From an uncultured Clostridia bacterium (lineage in GTDB: Bacteria; Bacillota; Clostridia; Oscillospirales; Ruminococcaceae), in assembly GCA_947625335.1 (NCBI GenBank), contig CANQNY010000001.1:3924-67923 (forward strand): 64,000 nucleotides of DNA, written 5' to 3'. The notes below the pieces were generated by a model that saw only the letters and a program-made list of their open reading frames with translations, had not been told where the DNA came from and did no database searches. The translations under genes were made by a program, and so were the position numbers. Shown here piece after piece: positions 7,733 through 19,200 of the stretch (position 1 is the stretch's first letter; each line of letters begins with the position of its first letter).

Positions 7733-8869
7733 CGGCAGTACGGGAGGCTTTTTCGGCAGAACAACCGTAAAAACAGTCGTTTCGTTTTCGCTTTGCGCGG
7801 TGATGTTCCCGCCGTGAAGTTCAACTATCTTTTTGGCAATTGCAAGCCCCAAACCCGCGCCGCCTTTTGCCGAGCGCGCGCTGTCCAAACGGTAGAACTG
7901 CTCGAAAATGCGCTCTAGTTTGTCGGCGGGGATAGTATCGCCGCTGTTTTGAAACGTTATTTCAAAATCATTTTCAAGCTCCCTCGCGCAAACGAAAATT
8001 TCCGTGTCGGGATAGCTGTACAGCACGGCGTTTCTAAGCAAATTATCAAATACGCGCTGAATTTTGTCGGCGTCGCATTCCATACGAAGATCCTCTCCTG
8101 CGGACAGCCTGCAAGAGAGATTTTTTTCCGCGAGCATGGGTTTAAACTCGAACACAAGCTGCTCCAAAAGCCTTGTCAGATTTATATTCCCGTAGTGGAT
8201 TTTTATGTCCGAGAGATTGTACCGCGCAATCTCGAAAAACTCGTCGATAAGCTCCTCCAGACGTCCCGCTTTTTCCTGAACGATATGAAGATATTTAAGC
8301 CTCAGTTCCTCGGGAATATCCTCCCCGTCAAGCAGCAGAGAAATATACCCCGTAACGGACGCCAGCGGTGTTTTCAAATCGTGCGCGAGATACACGATAA
8401 GATCGTTTTTGCGCTGTTCGAGAAGTTTAGTTTCGGCGGTTTGCCCTATCATCTTCGCGCGGACGGAATGAAGAGTTCTCTCAACAACAGCAAGATCCTG
8501 CGGCAGACGAATTTCGTCCTCGGGGGAGTTTAACGCGTCAATACCGTCGTTTATCGCTTTGAAATAACCCGTTACCCTCGATACGAAAAACGGAAGTGAA
8601 ACCACAAATATCAAAAGCGACGCTCCCGCCATTATCACGGCTTTATGCCGGGAAATTTCAAAATAAACGTTTTCGGCGCGGGGATAATCGCCCTTAAAAA
8701 TCGTCACGAGGATATTTACCGCCCAGACGTTCACTCTGCCTCTTAAAACGAGAAAATAGACAAGCGCTGTCACCGCAAACGAACCTGCCAAGAGCAGCAA
8801 TATCCCGAAGATTATTTTCCGCTTTAAATGCCGGTATTCGGAAAACGGTTTTTTCTTTTTACTTTTCAA
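7712..8869 (-). CDS. vanS: VanS-like (VanG-type) sensor histidine kinase
   Basis: RKNDLIVYLAHDLKTPL H-box, RVFDNLLRNAV N-box, FEQFYRLD, GAGLGLAIAK; two TM helices. Resemblance to VanS_G recalled, not searched. Confidence 0.85.
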   Translation of the reverse strand: MKSKKKKPFSEYRHLKRKIIFGILLLLAGSFAVTALVYFLVLRGRVNVWAVNILVTIFKGDYPRAENVYFEISRHKAVIMAGASLLIFVVSLPFFVSRVTGYFKAINDGIDALNSPEDEIRLPQDLAVVERTLHSVRAKMIGQTAETKLLEQRKNDLIVYLAHDLKTPLASVTGYISLLLDGEDIPEELRLKYLHIVQEKAGRLEELIDEFFEIARYNLSDIKIHYGNINLTRLLEQLVFEFKPMLAEKNLSCRLSAGEDLRMECDADKIQRVFDNLLRNAVLYSYPDTEIFVCARELENDFEITFQNSGDTIPADKLERIFEQFYRLDSARSAKGGAGLGLAIAKKIVELHGGNITAQSENETTVFTVVLPKKPPVLPSDTDKV

Positions 8870-9557
8870 TCGTGTAACCTACCCCCCAGACCGTCTTGAT
8901 AAACTTCGGCTTTCGCGCAGACTCGTGCATTTTCTCGCGGAGCCGACCGATATGCGCCATAACGGTGTTGTTGCTGTTCAGAAATTTTTCTCCCCACACC
9001 GCCTCGAAAAGCTCCTCGGCGGGAACAACGCTGCCTCTGCGCTCGCACAAATACCAGAGTATGGAAAATTCTATCGGTGTAAGCTCAAGCTCGCGGTCAA
9101 AAAGCCTGCACTTATGGGTCTCCTTGTTTATCAGAAGTCCGCGGAAATCGTGTTCGATTATTTCCCCGTTTTGCTGTGCGGAGGAATTGTAATGCTTGTA
9201 CCGCCTAAGCTGTGTTTTAACGCGCGCGGCAACCTCCAGCGGATTGAACGGCTTTGTGATATAATCGTCCGCGCCCACCGTAAGTCCTAAAATTTTGTCG
9301 CTGTCCTCGCTTTTCGCGGTAAGCATTATCACGGGGAAATAATACCGCTCGCGTATCTTTCGGCATATTTCAAAGCCGTCTATATCGGGCAGCATAATGT
9401 CCAGCACCGCAAGGTCGGGCGGGTCGTTTTCGACAGAGCGCAAAGCCTCCCCGCCGTTGTAGAATTTTCTTACGGTGTAGCCGTCCCCGCGAAGATAAAG
9501 CTCGATAAGATCGGCTATCTCCTTTTCGTCGTCGGCGATAAGAATGTTTTCGCTCAT
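8859..9557 (-). CDS. vanR: VanR-like (VanG-type) OmpR-family response regulator
   Basis: ADDEKEIADLIELYL, LDIMLPD, GADDYITKPFNPLEVAARVKTQLRRY, NNTVMAHIGRLREK...KFIKTVWGVGYTIE, closely recalling VanR_G. Confidence 0.88.
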   Translation of the reverse strand: MSENILIADDEKEIADLIELYLRGDGYTVRKFYNGGEALRSVENDPPDLAVLDIMLPDIDGFEICRKIRERYYFPVIMLTAKSEDSDKILGLTVGADDYITKPFNPLEVAARVKTQLRRYKHYNSSAQQNGEIIEHDFRGLLINKETHKCRLFDRELELTPIEFSILWYLCERRGSVVPAEELFEAVWGEKFLNSNNTVMAHIGRLREKMHESARKPKFIKTVWGVGYTIEK

Positions 9558-9642
9558 ATTATCCCTCCGATTTCACCGTTCTGAAATTTATGATACACCA
9601 TTTTTCGCGTTTTGTCAACGGATAATAGCTTTTCCCCGAAAT

Positions 9643-9663
9643 TTTAAGAAAAATGTAAGATTT
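9643..9663. promoter_or_regulatory. second copy of the phased TAAG repeat operator upstream of vanR
   Basis: TTTAAGAAAAATGTAAGATTT nearly matches TGTAAGAAAAATGTAAGATT at 6566-6585; vanR -35 TTGACA (minus) at 9613-9618. Confidence 0.6.
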
Positions 9664-9721
9664 GCGGTAAGGGTTGACAGCGGGCGGAAAAAATTGTATA
9701 ATGGTTTTGTGGGGGGATATT

Positions 9722-10936
9722 ATGAAGCTTGATCTTACGGATATGCTGTATTCGCTGTCATACGCGCTTGACAGCGTCGAAACGGAACTTTTGGGGCTTG
9801 ATACGGGTCACGGAAAACGCGTGGCGTGTCTGGCGATGCTTATGGCGAAAAAAGCGGGATTTAAGGACGAGGAGCTGCGCGATTTTATAGGGTGTTGTAT
9901 TCTGCACGACAACGCTCTGACGGAATATATTCACGAGGAGCTTGAAAAAGCTCCCGCGGTGACAAGGCTGCCCGACCTGTCGAAAACCACCGCCGTAAAC
10001 AGCCGCCACAGCGTTATCGGAGAACAGAATATAAGCCTTTTGCCGTTTCGCACGGACGTTAAAAACATCATTCTCTACCACCACGAAAACGCCGACGGTT
10101 CGGGCGAAATGAAAACCACCTCGCGCGAGACGGGGCTGAAGTCCCAGATACTTCACCTTGCGGATATGACGGATATGAGCTTCAGGCTGCGGGAGGTCTC
10201 GCGGGAGGATTTTTCAGACATTTCTGCATGGGTTCACGAGCGTTCGGGCGGAATGTTTTCCGAAGAGGCGGTAAAGCTGTTTTCGGAGGCGGTGAGCTAT
10301 GACGATATTCTTGCGCTGCGGTCGGACGTCAAGGCTTTTCTGCGGGAAAATCTGCCTACGGAGACGCTTGACTACACCGACGAAGAAATTCACAACATAG
10401 CAAAGCTTTTCGCGAAGATTGTCGACTACAAGTCGGAATTCACCCAAAAACACTCCGAGGGAGTCGCTCAAAAAGCGGAAATGCTGGCGCGGCATTACGA
10501 CTTTGACGACGAAAAAACCACACGTTTCTTTTTCGCGGGAGCATTGCACGACATAGGGAAACTCGCCGTTAAAAACAACATTCTCGAAAAGCCCGATAAG
10601 CTGACCGCAGAGGAATTTACCGCAATGAAAGACCATGCCTCGGCAACGCGCGCGATATTAAGCGAGGTAAAGGACATTCCCGACATAATCGAATGGGCGG
10701 GAAATCATCACGAAAAGCTGAACGGAAAGGGTTATCCCCGCGGTCTTTGCGCGGAACAGCTAAGCTTTGAGGACCGCCTTATGGCATGCATTGACATATA
10801 CCAGGCTCTCACCGAGCCGCGCCCGTACAAGGCGGGTATGCCGCACGAAAAAGCGGTTTCTATTATGCGGGGAATGGTGGAAAAGGGCGAACTTGACCCC
10901 GATATAGTAAACGATATGGACAGGTTTTTTGCGTGA
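9722..10936 (+). CDS. HD-GYP phosphodiesterase with tandem HD domains
   Basis: N-terminal HGKRV...LHD domain; C-terminal HSEGV..LHDIGK..HHEKLNGKGYP; upstream TTGACA...TATAAT promoter. Confidence 0.9.
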   Translation: MKLDLTDMLYSLSYALDSVETELLGLDTGHGKRVACLAMLMAKKAGFKDEELRDFIGCCILHDNALTEYIHEELEKAPAVTRLPDLSKTTAVNSRHSVIGEQNISLLPFRTDVKNIILYHHENADGSGEMKTTSRETGLKSQILHLADMTDMSFRLREVSREDFSDISAWVHERSGGMFSEEAVKLFSEAVSYDDILALRSDVKAFLRENLPTETLDYTDEEIHNIAKLFAKIVDYKSEFTQKHSEGVAQKAEMLARHYDFDDEKTTRFFFAGALHDIGKLAVKNNILEKPDKLTAEEFTAMKDHASATRAILSEVKDIPDIIEWAGNHHEKLNGKGYPRGLCAEQLSFEDRLMACIDIYQALTEPRPYKAGMPHEKAVSIMRGMVEKGELDPDIVNDMDRFFA

Positions 10937-10942
10937 GATGTT

Positions 10943-10974
10943 AAAAAAGCGGACAGTTTTTCTGCCCGCTTTTT
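10943..10974. terminator. bidirectional terminator
   Basis: AAAAAAGCGG..CCGCTTTTT between convergent HD-GYP and cysK. Confidence 0.7.
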
Positions 10975-10990
10975 CTGTAATTTATATAAT

Positions 10991-11902
10991 TTAACTGAAC
11001 ATGGGCGTGGAAAGATAACGCTCGCCCGTATCGGGCAAAAATGCGACGATTACCTTGCCATTGTTTTCGGGACGTTTTGAAAGCTGCAACGCCGCAAACG
11101 CCGCCGCGCCCGACGAAATCCCGACAAGCAAGCCCTCGGTTTTTGCAAGCGTTCTGCCCGTTTCGTATGCCTGCTCGTTTTCAACGGTGAAAACCTCGTC
11201 GTATATCTTCGTGTCGAGCGTTTCGGGGACAAATCCCGCGCCTATGCCCTGAATTCCGTGAGAACCCGATTTTCCCTGCGAGAGAACGGGCGAACCCGCG
11301 GGTTCTACAGCGACAATTTGAATATCCTTGTTCTTTTCCTTGAGGAATTTGCCGACGCCCGAAATTGTGCCGCCTGTGCCGACGCCCGCGACGAAAATAT
11401 CAACCTTGCCGCCCGCATCTTCCCAAATCTCCGGACCTGTCGTTTCATAGTGAATACGGGGATTTGCGGGGTTTGTAAACTGCGACGGAATAAACGAACC
11501 GGGCGTTTGCGCGGCTAGTTCATTCGCCTTTTCAATAGCCCCCTTCATGCCCTTAGAGCCCTCAGTCAGAACGATTTCCGCGCCGTATGCCTTCAGCAGA
11601 CCTCTGCGTTCTGCGCTCATGGTTTCGGGCATTGTCAAAATTACCTTATACCCCTGCGACGCCGCGACCGCTGCAAGACCTATACCCGTATTTCCGCTTG
11701 TAGGCTCGATTATCACCGCGCCGTCTTTGAGCTTGCCGCTTTGTTTCGCGTCCGCAATCATAGCTTTTGCAATCCTGTCTTTCGCGCTGCCCGCGGGATT
11801 GAAATACTCCAGCTTTGCGAGAATTCTCGCGTCGGGCGCGAAATTATTAAGTGCCAAAATCGGCGTTTTCCCGACAAGATCGGTTATCTTTTCATATATC
11901 AT
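10991..11902 (-). CDS. cysK: cysteine synthase A
   Basis: [16 protein letters not shown] (PLP lysine), [24 protein letters not shown]; start ATG 11902 after AGGAGG. Confidence 0.96.
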   Translation of the reverse strand: MIYEKITDLVGKTPILALNNFAPDARILAKLEYFNPAGSAKDRIAKAMIADAKQSGKLKDGAVIIEPTSGNTGIGLAAVAASQGYKVILTMPETMSAERRGLLKAYGAEIVLTEGSKGMKGAIEKANELAAQTPGSFIPSQFTNPANPRIHYETTGPEIWEDAGGKVDIFVAGVGTGGTISGVGKFLKEKNKDIQIVAVEPAGSPVLSQGKSGSHGIQGIGAGFVPETLDTKIYDEVFTVENEQAYETGRTLAKTEGLLVGISSGAAAFAALQLSKRPENNGKVIVAFLPDTGERYLSTPMFS

Positions 11903-12082
11903 AACAGTTTCCTCCTTAATGCCTACCGCTTTAGTAGGTTCTATAGGATTATTATAACACCGCTTTACAAATTTGTCAAGGGGAATTTTAACATTTTTTA
12001 CCCGAAAAATTAACAAATCTGGCGAAAAAGTGCTAAAATAGAGGTAAGAAATAAGATGTAAGAGGTAAGAAAGAGGTAAGAG

Positions 12083-13201
12083 ATGAAGAAAATTGTTGGA
12101 TTTATAAAATCGCAGCCTGTTTTGACAGCGGCGTTTGTGGCGGCGGTAATAACGCTGTTTATCGTCCCGCCCGACAAGGAATATCTCGGCTACTGCAACA
12201 CCACCGTCCTTATAGAGCTTTTCGCGCTGATGACGGCGGTGGCGGGACTTCGCGGAGCGGGACTTTTCGACCTTGCGACGGGGTTTGTTCTCCGAAAAAC
12301 GGGCAATCTGCGGCGGCTGGGACTCGCATTAACAATAGTGTGCTTTTTCTCGTCGATGCTGGTGACAAACGATGTGGCGTTGCTTACAATGATCCCGCTG
12401 ACGATTATGATTTTCAAATCCGTCCCCGACGAAAAAAGCAGAATTTGGGTAATTGTGCTTGAAACCTGCGCCGCAAACCTCGGCAGTATGACCACGCCCG
12501 TCGGCAATCCGCAGAACCTGTTTTTGTACGATAAATTCGGGCTTTCGGCGGGAACTTTTGTTATTACAATGCTGCCTGCGGCGGGGATAAGTCTGGTTTT
12601 GCTGACGCTGCTGACATTGCTGCTGCCGAAAACGGCGGTGGGCGCGGTGACAACCGAAAATTCCAAGCGAAAAAAGCTCTCGAAACTGCATATCGCGGTT
12701 TTCTCGGTGCTGTTCGCGCTGTGCCTGCTTGCGGTACTCAGAATTTTGCCGCCGATAGTGTGCCTTATAGCCGCGCTGCTTGCGATGATAATTTTTGACC
12801 GCGGACTGTTTAAAAAAGTGGACTACGCGCTGCTCGGAACGTTCGTGTGCTTTTTCGTGTTTGTCGGTAACGTCGCGCGGATAGACGCGGTGAGAGAATT
12901 TTTCTCCTCGGTGCTCAGCGGACGGGAAATTTGGGTGTCGGCTCTTTTATCGCAGGTGATAAGCAACGTCCCCGCCGCGGTTATGCTTGCGGGATTTACC
13001 GAAAACGGCACGGGGCTGCTGCTCGGAGTGAACCTCGGCGGCTTGGGAACGCTTATCGCGTCGCTTGCTAGTCTTATCTCGTTTCAGTTTTACCGCAAAT
13101 CCGATGGCGCAAAAACGCTGCGCTATCTCTTGGTGTTCTCGGTTGTGAATTTCGGACTGCTGGCATTGCTTTTGGCAGCGGAAATGCTGATTTTTACATA
13201 A
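12083..13201 (+). CDS. SLC13/ArsB/NhaD-family permease (citrate transporter-like)
   Basis: Multi-TM; [48 protein letters not shown]. Confidence 0.85.
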   Translation: MKKIVGFIKSQPVLTAAFVAAVITLFIVPPDKEYLGYCNTTVLIELFALMTAVAGLRGAGLFDLATGFVLRKTGNLRRLGLALTIVCFFSSMLVTNDVALLTMIPLTIMIFKSVPDEKSRIWVIVLETCAANLGSMTTPVGNPQNLFLYDKFGLSAGTFVITMLPAAGISLVLLTLLTLLLPKTAVGAVTTENSKRKKLSKLHIAVFSVLFALCLLAVLRILPPIVCLIAALLAMIIFDRGLFKKVDYALLGTFVCFFVFVGNVARIDAVREFFSSVLSGREIWVSALLSQVISNVPAAVMLAGFTENGTGLLLGVNLGGLGTLIASLASLISFQFYRKSDGAKTLRYLLVFSVVNFGLLALLLAAEMLIFT

Positions 13202-13234
13202 AAAACACCCCGCGAAACGTCGCGGGGCGAATTT

Positions 13235-16200
13235 TTATTCTTTTGAGCCTAAAAGCTGCTCGGAGCGGTTTTTAAGACGCTCTTTCATCAGGAATATCGC
13301 AATTACTTTCGACAGGAAAACGAGAGAGTCAATCTGCTCCTGCGTCCAGAAACGGCTGCCGCGGCACTCGTCAAACCCGACAAAGCCCTTAAATTTGCCG
13401 TTGTCCGAAATCGAACACTGCAGCACCGAACGAACATTTTGCCGCTCCAGAATTTCGCGGTGAATGTCGCTTAAGCTGTTTATGTCGTGACAGTAGAAAA
13501 TGCCGTCGTCGTCCATATTCTCGCGGTAATTGCCGCCGAGATCGTCCTTGTACGAGAGGTTTTGCAGCGTGTCCATAACCGACTCCACGCCCTCTCCGCA
13601 CCACTCAAACGTGTTGGAGCAATATTCCCCGTCGTCAGAATCCTCGAAAATATACACTCTCGACACGTCAAACGCGCGTCCCAGCAAAGCCAGAGCCTGA
13701 TTTATCCCGTCGGTTACGTCAAGGCTTGTGTAAAGCGCGCTGAACATACGCATTACAAGCGACGCGGCGAAATTCGGATTAGAACTCAGCACCACACCGC
13801 TCCTGCCTTGACTTACGGCGGATTCGGCACGATAGGAAGTTTCGCTCATTGTAACCGGGTCGAACTGCACCACGCAATTTTTGCCGCGGTTTTTCGCCTC
13901 GTAAAGCGCGCTGTCCGCTTGACGAAGTATCTGACGATAACTGCGGTTGTCGGGATTTACCGCCGCAACGCCTATACTGCTTTTTATAGAACCCAACTGC
14001 GGAACTTCTATTTCGGCGATATTTTTGAGGATTATACTGCCCTTCTTTTCGGCAAGCGCGCCCGTTGCGTGCGGCATAAACACAAAGAACTCGTCTCCGC
14101 CGTATCTTCCGACAATATCGGTGTCGCGGAACGCTTTCTTTATCGTTGACGCGAATTTTTTAAGGAACTCGTCCCCGAACATATGCCCCAGCGTGTCGTT
14201 TATGCTCTTGAAATCGTCAACGTCAATCATCATCAGCGCGCCGCCCGTGCTGCGCTCAAGCTCCGCTTTTATAAGCTCCTCGGTGGTGGCTTTGTTGTAA
14301 ATATCAACGCACAGCGCGTCGTACATCGCTTTCGCCTGAATTTTTTCAAGGCGTGCAGCCTCGTCGTCAACGTCCTCTATTTTTCCGATTATCTCGAAAA
14401 TCTTCCCGCTGTCGTCGCAAACGCTCTTCATAAACGCCTTAAAGCGTCTCGGATAACCGCCGACTTCAATCTTCACGGGAAGTTCCCTCGTACCAACAGT
14501 TTCACAGAGCTGTTTGAGAACAAAAATGAAATTCGCGCGGTCGACGCCGTCAAGCAGCGTAAGGCTGTCGGGGTTCTGCAGGAGCTTTTCAATGGTGTGA
14601 TATTCGATAGCCCCGCGGTCGTCGCGGCAAAGATAAGTAAGCTCGTCGGAGTCGGGCTTGTAGTCGAAGATTATCGTTCCCGTTTCTTCCAAAAGGACCT
14701 TGTACATCTGCTCTTCAACCGTTTTCCGGCGGTCAATTTCGATTTTTGCGGAGTTGTCGGTAATCACCGCGTACAACATAAGCTCGCCCTGCTCTTCAAG
14801 AACGCGGTACTGAACATTAACCCAAAACCGCGAACCGTCCGCGCGCATTGCCTCCAGAGCGTATTCTCCCTCCGAACGGTCATACAGGCGGTGGTTGTTT
14901 ACAAGCTCCTCGGTGGGAAGCACGGGAGCGTCGATGCTGCCGGGTTTCAGACCGTACATGCGGTAAATGTTGTCGGAAAGATAGACGGGCACGGGCTTGC
15001 CGTTGTCTATGCGGAAAATTCCCACGCCAACGGGAATGTGACGCACCGTGCGCCGCAAAAGCTCGTCGGTATGCTCCGCTTTTTTGCGAGCAATTACCTC
15101 GCTGTGGACGATATTTATCGTGCAAAGGCTTTTCAGCACCTTTTGTCCGCTCCTGTTAAGCGAAATTGTCATTCTGCACCACTTGTAATTCTCATCAGCC
15201 ATCTTAAGCCGAAGGGTCACGGACTGCGGTTCGTCGGAGCTGTAAACGCGCTCTATAAACTCCGCGAAAATCTCCCTGTCCTCGGGATACACCGCAAGAC
15301 CTTTTCTGAACTCCTCGCGGTTGCAGAATTCGTTCTCGCTGAGCCTTGACGCCCAAAATTCGTTTATCGACGGAGAGCATATCACGCGGTTTTGCGTGTG
15401 ATCGAATTCTATAACGGTGGTGTTGGTCTGCTCTGCGACTGTCTGATACAGACGGTCTGTCTGAGCAACTTTTTCGGACGCTACTGAGCTGTCCACACGA
15501 GCCATGTCCCTTATAAACAGCTTGCAAAAATCGCTGCGAAGACGCACCAAAACCACGCTGAAGGTGTGATAATCGCTGTCGCCGTGAATGTTCGCGGCGC
15601 GGATATTCATATATGCGTCGGTGAAATCGGGGCTGTTTATCGGCATATTGTACATCGCGCGAGCCGACTCCACGTCCGCGGGGTGGATATAATTTTCCGC
15701 CCACTCCTGCAATACGCAGTCTATCGGCAGCGGTTTTGACAGCTCAGGATTATTGTGTTTGTAGCGCGAATAGATAAGCCTTAACGTCCGATTTTTGGTG
15801 TTTACCTCGTAGACCAGATCGTAAAGCCCCGCCTCGGCGTTCGCGGTGCGCTCGGCAACGCGGTTTCTCGCCGCCGTGCGCGCTATTGTAACGTCGTTTG
15901 CAACAATGACGTATCTGTTTTCGCCGCGCATGGGAGAATCGCTTTTTTCAAGGTGAATTCTCACTATTCTGGTACTTCCGTCCCCGCGGCGAATATGCAG
16001 ATCTCCCGTATCGTTCTTTGCGTAAACCGTCGCTTTAAGCATCGATTTTATGCGCTGTTCATCCTCTTTTCGCACGCAAAGAACATCATAAAAATTATCG
16101 TTCGCGAAATCAATGCGAAGTTCCCCGCCGCTTTCGGCAACAAGAGCCACACCGCCGTCAAAGCTGCCGAGTATCGCGTTCAGTTTCATACGGTTTTCCT

Positions 16201-19200
16201 GCTGCTCGGTAACGTCCGACACGATGACCATGTAAATCCTGCTGTTGCTTTCGCCGAAAACCGAACGCGCGGTGGTAAGCTCTATCCACGCGCCTTTTCC
16301 GTCGCTGCGGATGGTGTGATAAGTCATATGAACCGACTCGGCGGCTTTCGCAGTAGTGATTATCCGTTCGAGATCCTCGTTGTCAACGCCGCCTCTTACA
16401 TAATCCAGAACATTCGGTCCTGCGGCGCGCTGTTTTCCGATAATCTGCCAGAAACTGCTGTTGCTGAACAGAATTTTGGGCTCGGCGTTTTCGGGGAGTT
16501 CCATTATGAGAATTCCCTCGCTGAAATTGTTCATAGCAGCCGCAATGCGATCGTTTGCCTGAGCTAACGCAAGCTCGGCTTTCTTTTCGGAATCGATATT
16601 CGTGCCGATACCGATAAGGCGCACTATCTTGCCGTTTTGGTTGAACGAACGGGTTTCGGTAAATCTCCACCAGCTGTACGCGTTAGTTCTCTTATTAAAC
16701 AAGCGGAACTCCTCGGAAATTTTCCCGCGGGTCAGATCGTCGTGGAATATTCTCACTTTTTCTACATCGTCGGGGTGAGTGATATTCTCAAAAATTTTCC
16801 CCTCTTTAACGTAATTTATAATGCCCTCGAAATCGAACCCGTAATCGGACAAATCTCCGACTTGGAAAACGCTGTCGTCGTCAAAATCAATATCAAGAAT
16901 TATGGAATCGGTGATTTTCAGGACCTGCTCTATGCGGCTGCGGGACTGCTCGATTATCCTGTCGCTTTCTATCTTATCCGTGATATTGTTAAACGCAATG
17001 CAGAAAATGGGGTTGTCGTTGCTGCCGCCGAGCCGTCTGTGAATACCGTCAAGGTGCAGCACCCTTCCGTTTTTGTCATAACGCCTTATCGACGCGCGAG
17101 TAGCCTTGTCGGTCCGCATAGCCTCAAGACACGCATTTTTGGAAACCTCCGCGTCCTCGGGCGGCATTTTGCTCCAGATGTTGGAATTCTCCTCGCTGAA
17201 ATCGTCCTGCGAGTAACCCATTATCTGTCTGTAGCCGTCGTTTGCACGGATAAGCTCAAGCTTTCCGTCCACCATTTCATAAATCCCTAAGCCGCCGAAA
17301 ACCGAGCTTATAAACTTCGACACAAGCGCGTTGCTGCCTAAAAGCTCGTTTACGTCCTCACCCATACCGTAGGTTTCGATAGGCTCGGCATAGGCGGTTA
17401 TCTCTTCCTGCGCGACAAGCTGAGTAAAATCATTTTCGGGAACGGGTCGTGAGAAATAAAAACCTTGTATATACGCGCAGCCTATGCTTGCAAGAAATTC
17501 GTACTGCTCGCGGGTTTCAACGCCCTCCGCCAGCAGCGGCACATTAAGCCACTTTGACATACGCGCAACGGAAGTCACAATAGTGCCCACCTTGCCGTTT
17601 TTCTCAAAGCCCTGCATAAACTTCATATCCAATTTCAGCACGTCAATTGGAATATCCTTAAGAGTGTTAAGCGACGAATAGCCGCTGCCGAAATCGTCCA
17701 TAAGCACAGGATAGCATTTCCTGCGAAGTCTGCCGATAGTGTCCAGCAGCTGCGACGGGTTGTCGTTATACGCGCTTTCGGTTATCTCTATGCGGAAATA
17801 TTTCGGGTCTACGCGATAGCGGTCGGTAAGCTCGCTTATCGTTTCAAACAAATTGGGATTGTAAAGGCTCATTCTCGAAACGTTCACCGAAATCGGGAAA
17901 GGCGGCAGACCCTCGTCAAAGCGTTTTTTCTGATAAATGCACACCTGTTCGAGAACGTACAAATCAAGCTCCGCGATAAAGCCGTTTTTCTCGAACACGG
18001 GAATGAATTTCGCGGGGAGAATTTGCCCCTTCGTCGGGTGATTCCAGCGCACGAGCGCCTCCGCGCTGACGAATTTCTTCGCGCGGATGCCGTAAATCGG
18101 CTGATAGCAAACGTAGAATTCCTTATTTTTAAGCGCGCGGCGGGCGTCGTCGCAGATTTCCTGCTCCTCAATCATCTGGCGGCGCATTTTATCATCGTAA
18201 TATGCGATATGCTCTCGGAAACTGCCCGAAATCGAACGGCAGGCAATCGACGCGCGGTCGGTCATATTGTCTACCGACAACTCTCGGTCGGTGACCTTAT
18301 ACACGCCTATGTAAAACTGCACCTCGTGGGAAATTTCGGGTGCGTCGGATACCGCCTTCTGCACCGCGTCAAGAATTGTCTGCGGGTGAATTGAACGCTC
18401 GGAATACGGAATAAGCATTGCAAAATGATCCGAGAAAAGCCGCGCGTAAACGCCGTTTTTCCCGATAACATCGCGCAGAACGCCAGCTATCGTAATTAAC
18501 AGCTTGTCGCCCACGTCGCGCCCTAAAACGTCGTTTAAGACCTTAAATCCGCCGATATTGAGCTTCATTATCGAATACTCCGCAAGCGGGTTTGCATTCA
18601 GAATATCCTGCGCGTTTTTCATAAATGCGGAGCGGTTGTACAGCCCCGTAAGCGGGTCAAAATATGCCGTTATGCGAAGCTCCTGCTCGATTTCGCGCTC
18701 TTTGGTGGTGTTGGTAATAAACGCGTAAAGGCACAGTCGTCCCTCGTCGTTGAACACAAGCTGCCCGCGCATAAGCAGCCAAAGCTCTCCCCCGTCCTTG
18801 GTCTTGCAGGAGAACGAATATTTAAGGTGCTTTCCGGTCGTAAGTGAGCGTGAAATTTTCTGCCGAATAATCTGAACGTCTTCATCGGAGATACCCGCGG
18901 AGGGGTTTTCGCCTATCTCGTTCATACAGCTTTCGTAATCGGGATAGCCGAGCAGCTCCGCAAGCCCCAGACTCGCAAAAAGGGTCTTCATTTTGCCGTA
19001 ATCATCGCGCTCGGCATAGGCAATTCCTCCCGGAGCGTTGTCAAGCAATGCCTCAAGATGACTTTCATTCGTGCGGAGGCGTTTTCCCACTTCGTTTGCA
19101 CGGAGTTCCTGACGCTTTTCCGCGTTAATGTCAAGAAATACGCAGTATATCTCGCGTTTTCCACCGCTTTCACCCATAACTCCCGCGATAAGCCTTACCC

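Noticed and set aside
7712-9557. Vancomycin resistance (vanG) cluster
   Set aside because: Only the regulators and an S11 peptidase are present; no ligase, racemase or VanXY in the window.
14183-15349. Long antisense or overlapping ORFs (e.g. 459-1286, 14183-15349, 42993-44129, 55547-56470)
   Set aside because: Shadow frames of strongly supported genes on the opposite strand; no RBS or recognisable motifs.
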